Part shown: piece by piece, positions 8,666-17,400 of the stretch
Position numbering within the stretch: the first letter of the stretch is position 1
How the letters are laid out: each line of letters starts with the position of its first letter
DNA from: an uncultured Oscillospiraceae bacterium
Lineage (GTDB): Bacteria > Bacillota > Clostridia > Oscillospirales > Oscillospiraceae
NCBI GenBank assembly: GCA_900754965.1
Contig: CAAEEO010000004.1
Location: 9,912-73,911 of the forward strand
Direction of reading: 5' to 3'
DNA length: 64,000 bases
Program-made: the position numbers and the translations under genes
The notes under the pieces: model-generated
The model's database searches: none
Told to the model about the DNA's origin: nothing
Seen by the model: only the letters and a program-made list of their open reading frames with translations

Positions 8666-8693
8666 CTAATACTTTCATGTGCGCTCATTCCCC

Positions 8694-9218
8694 CTATCGC
8701 TCTTTCCCACGTTGTTTCTTGGGCAATTTGGCCTGCCCGCCGCAGATACGGTTGAGTTTACTGCTCGCTTGATCCAATTCCTTAGCACAATACTCCCATG
8801 CCTGTTTTAATTTGGACAGTGGCAGTCCGTTCTGGCGGTAGCCATCCCGAATGCCCTGGTAATAATATTCCGAGGGCAGGGCGGGAGAGCGCCACCGATC
8901 CCCATCTGTCATCACGTAGGCCATGACAGTCAGCTGCCGCCCCGCATTATCCCGCACAGCAACAGACTCTTTTTCGTATAGGTGGGGATATCCCTCATAG
9001 AGATCGAGAGACCGCTCACAGCCTGGTGTGATCCGCCAAAGCAGGCCATGGACCTGCTTACCTTCCTTGGGCTGGATGGTGGCAACGCCATTTCCGCTTG
9101 CGTTGCCACGAAACAGCAGTTCATATCCCTCCAGCACGACCGGCCCCACCACCTGGGCCGCGGGACAGCGGTAGGCCATCTGATCCAGGTTGATGTTGCT
9201 GCCGTAGGCGAAATACAA
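8694..9218 (-). CDS. Gamma-glutamylcyclotransferase (GGCT/AIG2-like) family protein
   Basis: N-terminal MYFAYGSNINLDQMAYRCP plus LDLYEGYPHLYEK, typical of the GGCT fold. Confidence 0.85.
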   Translation of the reverse strand: MYFAYGSNINLDQMAYRCPAAQVVGPVVLEGYELLFRGNASGNGVATIQPKEGKQVHGLLWRITPGCERSLDLYEGYPHLYEKESVAVRDNAGRQLTVMAYVMTDGDRWRSPALPSEYYYQGIRDGYRQNGLPLSKLKQAWEYCAKELDQASSKLNRICGGQAKLPKKQRGKER

Positions 9219-9225
9219 TTTATCT

Positions 9226-9477
9226 TCAGTTATGGTCCAACACCTCCAGCACGCCGATCTTCGCCAGCGCCATGATCATGGTCTGCGCCTGTGCTTCTAC
9301 ACCGCAATCCGGCAGAATGCAGTCCTGATCCGTCATGCGGATGAAGTTGCTGCGAAGCTGCCAAATATAGCTTTCTGTGTCCGGAAACTCCGTGGGGTCA
9401 AAGGCAGCTTTCCGAAGCTGATCCATGATTTCTGTCCCGGTACCCTCGTACACGGTATCTTCAATGCGTATTTTCAT
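9226..9477 (-). CDS. Hypothetical small protein (83 aa)
   Basis: ORF with an ATGA overlap to the amidoligase stop, and 7 nt upstream of the GGCT start. No motif recognised. Confidence 0.5.
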   Translation of the reverse strand: MKIRIEDTVYEGTGTEIMDQLRKAAFDPTEFPDTESYIWQLRSNFIRMTDQDCILPDCGVEAQAQTMIMALAKIGVLEVLDHN

Positions 9478-10475
9478 CGTGCCACCTCACTGCTTCGGTT
9501 TTTCTTTTTCTTATTGACATCATAGCTGTCCTTGTCATAGCGCCATGCCCGATCCCCGTCCAAGTTGGCCAGAAGATGATCCCGCGTGTGCTTGAACTCC
9601 GGTCCATTCAACCCAAGGCGTACCAACCACACCCGGAAGGTAAACAGTTCGTTGTCACTTTGCGTTTTGCGCATGACGGTGCTGCGCTGGGCGATGGCTT
9701 GGGCCGATATGGCAACGCACAGATTCACATAAGCAGCAGCCCGGCCCGCATGGAGAGTGGAGTTAAAACAGCGAAATTCCACGGTCCCTCGGTAAAACAC
9801 AGAATGGAGATTGAGCGCATAGTACCGCGTCCAGTTGTAGTGCTCTGTACTGCCGTTGTCCCCCTCGTACCAGATGGCTTCCAGCTGTGTCAGGTTTTTG
9901 GTTTCTTCGGATGAAAGCTTGCGTGCCTTTTGCAGCATGGGTTCCCGTACCTTCTGACACCACCTGGAGGCCCGAGACTCATTGACCTGCAATGCTTTGA
10001 ACAAAATATCCTCTTTGGAATACATGATCCCGATGAGATTTTTTAGCGACTGCCGGTTGTGGTTTGCAGCATCCACATGGATGTGGATACCGCAGGAGGA
10101 ATTGACTTTTCCCCCTGCGGTGCGGACGCGGCGGACGCATTCCTGAAATTTGGGCAATTCCGCATAGGTCAGTTTGGGCGTGACCATTTCCACACGATAC
10201 CTCGGATCTGAGGTGGAGGTGTATCTGGCACCCACTTTTTGTTCTCCACGGATACTACTATCGCTCATAAGCCGCCATTCTTTGCCCATCTCATCCTTCA
10301 CATACCAGCTATCGTAGTAGTCATCGTCCCGGCGAGGCACTGTGCCAAAATAATCCGCTAAGGCTTGGGCCGCCTGTTCACGAGTAATTCCGGTCAGTTC
10401 CACTTCCACGCCGAAGCACTGATCTTTCAGTCCTACTTCATTCATGTCACTGCTCCCTTCTAAAAGATGTTTCAA
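9474..10475 (-). CDS. Amidoligase_2-family (glutamine synthetase-like) enzyme
   Basis: N-terminal FGVEVELTGITREQAAQALADYFG and CGIHIHVDA match my memory of the putative amidoligase family found on mobile elements. Confidence 0.75.
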   Translation of the reverse strand: MKHLLEGSSDMNEVGLKDQCFGVEVELTGITREQAAQALADYFGTVPRRDDDYYDSWYVKDEMGKEWRLMSDSSIRGEQKVGARYTSTSDPRYRVEMVTPKLTYAELPKFQECVRRVRTAGGKVNSSCGIHIHVDAANHNRQSLKNLIGIMYSKEDILFKALQVNESRASRWCQKVREPMLQKARKLSSEETKNLTQLEAIWYEGDNGSTEHYNWTRYYALNLHSVFYRGTVEFRCFNSTLHAGRAAAYVNLCVAISAQAIAQRSTVMRKTQSDNELFTFRVWLVRLGLNGPEFKHTRDHLLANLDGDRAWRYDKDSYDVNKKKKNRSSEVAR

Positions 10476-10539
10476 AACCTTGTAAACACTGTATCCGTTC
10501 GAAAACCGCTGATCCCGGCGAACATATCAAAATGGCGTA

Positions 10540-10839
10540 TTAGGTGATCTCATCTCCTTCCTGCTGCAGGGCAAGAAGAAAGCCGAGGACATTCTCATCC
10601 ATGTCCCCGGCCTGTGCCTGCTGGCTTTTTTCTGTTGTCAGATCTAAATGGCGCAGTTCTTCCCGGATCAGCCCCCGGATGGCGGACAACAGGGCGTCCT
10701 GTTCATGGGCTTTACAGACCATCCTGCACACGGTGTCTGTCCGCTGCCCCGCTGGGATGGAACTCAAGATGCGCCAGGCTTCCCGCTGCTGGGGCGATGT
10801 CAGAGAAAAAGAAAGGTTGAGCCGCCGCTTACCCGCCAT
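10540..10839 (-). CDS. ParR-like ribbon-helix-helix centromere-binding protein (putative)
   Basis: Small ORF immediately after parM. N-terminal beta-strand-like KRRLNLSFSL. Probable start is MAGKRR at 10839. Confidence 0.45.
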   Translation of the reverse strand: MAGKRRLNLSFSLTSPQQREAWRILSSIPAGQRTDTVCRMVCKAHEQDALLSAIRGLIREELRHLDLTTEKSQQAQAGDMDENVLGFLLALQQEGDEIT

Positions 10840-11761
10840 GGCCGACACCCCGCGACATCTGCCCCACAAGGCGCTCATATCCTTTGGCGTTCAGGGATAC
10901 GTCATCCAGTATAAGTGGGCGGCACAGACCGTCTGTGGCCGAAAGGTGGCGCTTTAAGAGCGCCGCTCCGCCGCCCAGGAAGATGGTGGGCATGGCTCGG
11001 ATGTCCAAGCCGCTTTCTGTGACTGCCGAGAGCAGGTTTCGGGCGTACTTACCTGCCTGGGCGTGGATAACCGCCCTGATTCGCTCATCCATCCCGCCGG
11101 AGCTACCCCGCAGGGCGCTCTCGATCTGAGCGGTAGTCATGGACAGCCCAAACAACCGGCGCACCTGTTCGCTGATTTCATCGACACAGCGGATCATGCC
11201 CAGTTCCAGACTCCGGCAGGAGGCAGCGTTGGGGATGCGGTTGTCCAGACGCATCAGATCCACCGTCCAGCCGCCTATGTCGGCCACGATGACGGACGGC
11301 TCGTCCAGCAGCTCCGTCTGGGTCAGGACGGCAGCATAGCCCTGGGGAAACAGGGACACCTCTTGGATGGTGATGGTATAGTCCTGCCCCTCATAGCGAA
11401 AAGGAATGGCGCTCCCATCCCGGTACAGATACGAACGGAAGGACTTCTTGTCCCGGCCAAAGCTGGTCAGGGGCAGACCCGCCGCCAGGTGGATGCTGGC
11501 GGTGTGCTCCGCACCCCGGTGCTCCAGCTCCTTGGCGATGGCTGCCAGGGTAAGCAGATAGTAGTCCTCCGTCTGAGTCTTATCTCTCTGAAGGGGCTGA
11601 CGACCGCTGCCCACCACATAGTATCTGCCGCCGCACTCCAGTACATCTTTCTGGGTGTACGGCTCGTATTCGTACTCTACTAACCCGGTGGGAAAGGAGA
11701 AGTGGACAGTTTTCATGGCTGCATAGCCATGATCCACGCCGATCACAATTACATCATTCAT
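10829..11761 (-). CDS. parM: ParM/StbA-family actin-like segregation ATPase
   Basis: 310 aa. Actin-fold phosphate motifs IGVDHGYAAMK and ADIGGWTVDL, and LGGGAALL. Confidence 0.85.
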   Translation of the reverse strand: MNDVIVIGVDHGYAAMKTVHFSFPTGLVEYEYEPYTQKDVLECGGRYYVVGSGRQPLQRDKTQTEDYYLLTLAAIAKELEHRGAEHTASIHLAAGLPLTSFGRDKKSFRSYLYRDGSAIPFRYEGQDYTITIQEVSLFPQGYAAVLTQTELLDEPSVIVADIGGWTVDLMRLDNRIPNAASCRSLELGMIRCVDEISEQVRRLFGLSMTTAQIESALRGSSGGMDERIRAVIHAQAGKYARNLLSAVTESGLDIRAMPTIFLGGGAALLKRHLSATDGLCRPLILDDVSLNAKGYERLVGQMSRGVGHGG

Positions 11762-12126
11762 CTGGTATCGTGCTCCTTCCGATCATGTTGTTTCTGAGGA
11801 TTTAGATGGTAGTTTTGCAGTATCGCTGTGTACAGCTTTTGCTCAAATGCCCGATATGCCGGTGTGGTGCGGTCGATAGGGAGAAGGACGGCCCGTTCGT
11901 AGCAGGTTCCAGGTACGATCTCCCAGCGGATGGCATGGAACTGATCCGCCAGCAGATAGCGCATGAGCTGATGACCGTTCATCAGTTCAAACATCCCGCG
12001 GGAGTCCTCATAAGGGAACTGCTTATATAGCTCAAAGCCTGTCAGCCTTTGGGCTGTGAAGTACAGCTTGAAGCCACCTGGGTCCAGTTCTGGGGCGAGC
12101 TGCTCATAGAATGTCTTTGCGTCCAT
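11758..12126 (-). CDS. Hypothetical protein
   Basis: 122-aa ORF with a 4-nt overlap to the parM start. No motif recognised. Confidence 0.5.
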   Translation of the reverse strand: MDAKTFYEQLAPELDPGGFKLYFTAQRLTGFELYKQFPYEDSRGMFELMNGHQLMRYLLADQFHAIRWEIVPGTCYERAVLLPIDRTTPAYRAFEQKLYTAILQNYHLNPQKQHDRKEHDTR

Positions 12127-12127
12127 C

Positions 12128-12547
12128 TCAACCAGCCCTTCTCCACTTTTGGGTCAGCCGTTCCAGAACAGTCAGCCTGCCGTACACTTTCCGCGCCGAG
12201 AGATCCAGCCCTTTCATCTGGTTTTGGATACGGCGGTGGATCTGCTTGAGCTGCCGCCTGTCGCCGCAGCCCTCCAGCACTACATAGCTGCCTTTTCCGT
12301 TGGCCAGCACCTCACGCCGCCCGGTATCATCCCGGAGACTGGCCATGAGCCGCTGGCCCAGGCGCTTGCGGTAGCTGTCCTGGAGGGCCTCCGCATCTCC
12401 GCACACCCCATGCTTTTTCAGGATCGCGGCGATTTGGCTGGAGTGGATATCCATTCCCTCGAACAACGCCTCCAGGATCTCCTGCTCCGCCTCTGGCGGC
12501 AGTCTGGGCGGAGCAGTCGGCTTGGCACCCTCATTTTCCCGGTTCAT
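12128..12547 (-). CDS. Hypothetical protein
   Basis: 139-aa ORF, coupled to its neighbours. No motif recognised. Confidence 0.5.
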   Translation of the reverse strand: MNRENEGAKPTAPPRLPPEAEQEILEALFEGMDIHSSQIAAILKKHGVCGDAEALQDSYRKRLGQRLMASLRDDTGRREVLANGKGSYVVLEGCGDRRQLKQIHRRIQNQMKGLDLSARKVYGRLTVLERLTQKWRRAG

Positions 12548-13041
12548 CGTTCTGCCTCCTTTCGCTTTTTTTGAGGGGAACGCGGTGTTTTTGCAGGCTG
12601 CGGATCACCGCGCCAGGTTTCCGGGGCCATGGTGTTGATATGGCGGAGCATATCCCGCACATTTGCACAGGTGAATTCCGGCTGTTCAAATCCATGGCGC
12701 TCCGTGTAGATGGTCCACTTATGGGTCTCATGGGGACTGTCCCGGATGACCACAAAATATCTCCCGTTGCGGTCACCATGCAGCGGTTCAAACCGCACAT
12801 CATCATAGAGCGGGCCGGACAGCGGGCAGTTGTTCTTGAACCAGACATAGTAATGGTCCAGGATATATGGGTCGGTGATCCCCATGACCACCTTGCTCAA
12901 CTTCTGGAGCCGTCCGGCCAGCGCGTCATCCTGACAGAACCAGTCATACCACCCGGCCTCACACTGAACGGCACGATCTTTCGAGGAAAAATCCCCGGCA
13001 CGGAACCGCTCCTGCCACTGGCGGACACTCATTTCCGTCAT
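12544..13041 (-). CDS. Hypothetical protein
   Basis: 165-aa ORF with 4-nt overlaps at both ends. Trp/Cys-rich with a basic C-terminal tail. Confidence 0.55.
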   Translation of the reverse strand: MTEMSVRQWQERFRAGDFSSKDRAVQCEAGWYDWFCQDDALAGRLQKLSKVVMGITDPYILDHYYVWFKNNCPLSGPLYDDVRFEPLHGDRNGRYFVVIRDSPHETHKWTIYTERHGFEQPEFTCANVRDMLRHINTMAPETWRGDPQPAKTPRSPQKKRKEAER

Positions 13042-13952
13042 AGCGTCCCCCTCTCCGGCAGGAGGCGCTCCATGAGGTCGGCAATGGTCCGAAACACCTC
13101 CGCCAATTCACGAGACTCTTTCACCGTATCTTCCATCTCGTCCCTGGTCATGCGGGTGCATTTAGCCCAGATCCGGACATTTTCCTCTGTGGGGTCCAGC
13201 AGGACCGCCTTTTCATACGCCTTGCAGAAGACTCCGGCGATCTTCCCCTCACGGTCGATCTCCGCGTCCTTTTCCTGGATTTCCTTTTTTGCTTTCAGGA
13301 TGTCCAGCGCCTCCTGGGCGGCCTGCTCCCGCTGCTCCTCCGGCAGATCCTCCACCTGCTTGGTGATCTGGTAGCCCTGATTGATGGACAGTTCCTTCTT
13401 GTCCAGCGCCTCCTTGACCGCTGCGGGGGCGTGCTCGTCGATCTGCATCACTTTGCCCATGGTCCGCTCACCCAGACCAACGGAGTCTGCCAGTTCTTTG
13501 CGGGTATCAACAGGAGGAAGGTTTGGCAATGTTGCCGAACCTTCCTCAGATGGGCGGTATGCCTGCCCTCCGGCAGACATATTGGCCTTGGCCCTGGCTT
13601 CGATCTCCGGCTTAAGCTTCAGGGCGATCTTGCCCAGTTCCCACTTGTCCAGGTTACGGCGGCCTTTCTGGGTGTCCAGCGCCCACTGCTTGGCCTCCAG
13701 CAGATCGTCAAAGGCGAACACCAGCATCTGATAGGGCAGGCCGTGCTTGTCGCATAAGGATTTTCGGTTATGTCCGTCAATAACGACCAGATCCTCATTG
13801 ACGATGATGGAGGTATAGCACCCATTTTTCAGGAGATCTGTCTCCAGTGCGCCGAGCTGCTCCTCGCTCAAAGGCGGGAGCAGCTCGGCCATCTCAGGCA
13901 GCACAACAGGGGTGTGCTCTGTGCTGCTGTAAATGATCCCGGTGTTCTTCAT
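13038..13952 (-). CDS. ParB/Srx N-terminal domain protein
   Basis: ParB-like core LVVIDGHNRKSLC and a predicted HTH segment (RKELADSVGLGERTMGKV). Confidence 0.8.
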   Translation of the reverse strand: MKNTGIIYSSTEHTPVVLPEMAELLPPLSEEQLGALETDLLKNGCYTSIIVNEDLVVIDGHNRKSLCDKHGLPYQMLVFAFDDLLEAKQWALDTQKGRRNLDKWELGKIALKLKPEIEARAKANMSAGGQAYRPSEEGSATLPNLPPVDTRKELADSVGLGERTMGKVMQIDEHAPAAVKEALDKKELSINQGYQITKQVEDLPEEQREQAAQEALDILKAKKEIQEKDAEIDREGKIAGVFCKAYEKAVLLDPTEENVRIWAKCTRMTRDEMEDTVKESRELAEVFRTIADLMERLLPERGTL

Positions 13953-14323
13953 CAGGCGGCCTCACACTCGCCCTGGTTCTGCTCGGCAGCGGTCGCATCC
14001 TCTGCCCGACGGGGGGAGAGGAGCTCCACCTCCGCAGCCTTGATCAGGAAGCCGGGCTGGCGGGTGGGATCGTCAGAAAAAGTGATGGTCTCGAAGTCGC
14101 CGGAGGCGGCCAGCTTGCAGCCCTTCCAGGCATAGGCAGCACAGAACTCGGCCAGGGGGCCGCGCACCTTGATGGAGATGAAGTCGGTGAGCCGGTTGCC
14201 CTCCTGATCCCGATAGCGGCGGTCCGAGGCGATGCGCAGGATGGCATAGGGCTTGCCCGTGGTTTCGTTCATCTTCAGCTCCACATCATTGGTCAGATTT
14301 CCAGTGGCAGTGATCTTCAACAT
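13952..14323 (-). CDS. ssb: Single-stranded DNA-binding protein (element-encoded)
   Basis: OB-fold N-terminus MLKITATGNLTNDVELKMNETTGKPYAILRIASDRRYRD. RBS AAAGGAGAA. Confidence 0.9.
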   Translation of the reverse strand: MLKITATGNLTNDVELKMNETTGKPYAILRIASDRRYRDQEGNRLTDFISIKVRGPLAEFCAAYAWKGCKLAASGDFETITFSDDPTRQPGFLIKAAEVELLSPRRAEDATAAEQNQGECEAA

Positions 14324-14360
14324 CGTTCATTTCTCCTTTTTCAGTTAGAATAGTTGGTTG

Positions 14361-14398
14361 TAAGAAAGAGGGGGACTCACAGCTTTTGTGAGTCCCCC
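14361..14398 (-). terminator. Rho-independent terminator directly after the adhesin stop codon
   Basis: GGGGGACTCACA / TGTGAGTCCCCC 12-bp stem (14370-14398), followed on the minus strand by TCTTTCTT. Confidence 0.7.
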
Positions 14399-14404
14399 AA
14401 GGGC

Positions 14405-17400
14405 TTAATACCCCGTCCGGGGCAGGGTGGGAATGACGGGCTTGCCGTACACCGTGGTCACCCAGCGGCTGATGGCCTGCACCCACTGGCCGTTATAGAC
14501 ACCACCCACGTCGGCCACATTGACAAACGAGGTGGAGGCCAGGTTGGCCACGGCGGTGCAGTGGAGGTACGGCTTTTCTACCTGGGCAAAGCCAGCAGGG
14601 GCCTGTCCAAAGACGAACATGACCTCTGTGACCCGTTCATTGCTGGCAAGGCCCAGTGCGGTGGCCGAGGCAGCCAGGGTGTAGTTCTTGCTGGTGGACA
14701 GGTTGTCTGCCAGGGTCCGATACTCGCCGCCGTTCACACGATAGGTGATCTTATAGGTGCCGGGGAAGTTATAGGTTCCGGTGACTACCGTATCCAACCG
14801 AACCTCTGCGGGAAGGGTATCGCGCCAATAAAAGTTGTCCAGCCGGATGTTGGAATTGTTGGCAATGCCGGAGAACGTATAGCGCACCGGCTGGCCCGCC
14901 ATGATCTCCTTGGGGCCGGTTTTGGTAATGGACACGCCGGTAGTCAGGCTCTTGTTGGTCACCTCAAATTTGACGATCTGTCCCTCATGTTCCAGATAGG
15001 CGGTGAGTTCCGTTTCATTTACGCCGTAATTGGCCGGAGCCTTGACCTCCCGGATGGTATAGCGGGAGAGAGGCAAAGGTTTGGACACGGCCAGCCCTCG
15101 GCTGTCGGAGCGGATGGTGTCCACTAGATTACCCGCCTTATCATAAATCTCAAATACGGCCCCCTCCAGCAGCGTTCCGGCAGGCAGGCCGTTGGTGGGG
15201 TTGTAGTCGGCAGACTTCTTGACAATCTGGATCTGGCCTGTGATGGCCCGGTTTTCCCAGGTGATTTCCGTGGTCTCGCCAGGCTTTATATAGACGGTTT
15301 TCAGCTGTTCGTCTACGATGTAGCCCTCGTTCTCCAGCTCCCGCAGATACACCTTGCCAGACAGCTCCAGGGTGTCAATGTAGGCGTATCCGTTCTGGTC
15401 GGTGGTGAACTGATCCACCGGATTCATGTTGCTGTCATAGAGCAGGAAGGTCACGCCGTAAATGCCCTTTCGGGTGTCTGCGTCGATCTTGTGCAGCAGG
15501 ATGCCGGAGAATGCCTTGTTGGTCACAGTCTTTCTGGTGATCTCCCCATCCTTTACGGTGAAGTAGATGGGTGTGGGGTCCAATTTGAAGGTATCCGGGC
15601 AATCGGTTTCCACGGCATAGTAGTTGTCAGCCTCCAAGGGCAAGAACACTTTTCCATCCTTCCCGGTGGTCACAGTGTCCACCAGAGCGTCGTCGCTGAC
15701 GCGGCGGATTTCAAAGGTGACGCCGGAGATGGTTTCCGTTTTATCTGCCTCATTGACTTTGGTAAACTCCACACCGCCTACCGGTGAATTGTAGAACCAG
15801 AGTTCCTGTGTATCGTCCGGGTTGACCACCACCGTCTGGCTCTGGGTGTTGGGGTCGATGGTGTACCCAGGGATGCTTTCCACTTCAGTTACTACCACTG
15901 TGCCGGTGATGCCGGAAAGGACGATCTGCCCCTCCGCATTGGTCCAGTACAACCCGTTGGAGGACAGCTTGCCGCCCTCGTCCGGCAGGTAGGAGCCGTC
16001 CGCATAGGTGATCTTGAATTGCACCCCCTCCAGCGGGGTCTTGTCCTTACTGGACAGCTTATGGATGATAAGATTTCCCAGGGGTTGATTGCGGAACTCC
16101 ACCGTGACGGTCTGGCCTTCCTTGACTTGGACGGTTTGGGGGGTATCGTCCAGCAGATAACCCGGCTTGGCACGGGTTTCCTTGATGACCAGCGTGGTCC
16201 CAGGTTCTACCCCTTCCACCAGGAAAGTGCCGGTGCTGTCTGTCACGAACTTGCCGTTGGCATCACCCACCACGGAGCCGTCCGATTTTGTCACTAGGAA
16301 CTCTACATTACTCAAGGGGCTGTTGTCTGCGCTGGACACCTTCTTCACCAAAATGGCCCCCTTGGGGGCATTGGAGAAGTAGAGGGTTACGATGTCCTGG
16401 TCCTCGCCGGAGATATAGAAGGACTGGGGCGCGGCGTCGATCACGTGGCCGCTGTCGCTCTCCATCTCCTCGCAGATGTAATAGCCCTTTTTAAGTCCGG
16501 TGACGGTGAAAGAGCCGTTGGCCGAAGTCGTGTAAGTGCCGATCACAGTGCCGCCGCTGCCGCTGACCTCGCCACCCAGGTATTTCAGCTGGAAGCGGCA
16601 GCCGGAGATCCCAGCTCCAGTCACGCTATCCTGCTTGTAAACCACCAATGCAGACAGGGGCGTGTTTGGAATGGTTACAGTCTTATTTTCGCCGCCCTTG
16701 ACGTAGACCTCTGTAACAGGGTCATCCGGAAACTGGTAGCCGGGGGCTGGCTTGGTCTCTTTGATGGTCAGCCAGCCGTCCTCGATGCCCTCCAGGATGA
16801 TCTGACCCGCCTCGTCTGTCTGGAAGGTCCCCAGGTCCCGCTGTTCCCCAGTTTCCGTCTTATTGCTGGACCATGTGATGTGAAACTCGGCGTACTGGAT
16901 GGGGTCATGGGTGACGGAGCTTTCTTTCTGGATGGTGACGGTGGGCCGCTTGTGGTTTTCAAAATACACATCCCGGTCCCGATTGGGATAGAGGGTGACT
17001 AACTGGGGGTCTGCATCCGGGAGGTAGGGAGACGGGACGGACTTTTCAATCACCTCGTACACCTCGGGCATGAGGTTGGAGACAGTGGCAGAACCATCCG
17101 GCCCAGTGGTTACTTCGGCCACAGAATGTCCGTCCGCGCCCTTCACCAAGAACACGGTGCCGGGGACCGGCGCGCCGGTATCGGCGTCGTGCTTCCAGAT
17201 GGTCAGGTTGGGCCGCTTGTCATTTTGCAGACAAATCGTGGCATCTTTACCGGGGAACAGCTGCACATGATACTCTGTGGGGTCCAGGATATGGTCCGAT
17301 ACTGTGGTAACCTCTTGCAGGGAATAGACGCCAGGTTCCAGACCCTCCCAGGTGATCTCTCCTGTGCTGGAGGTGATGCGATCCAAATATCGAGAGCCGT

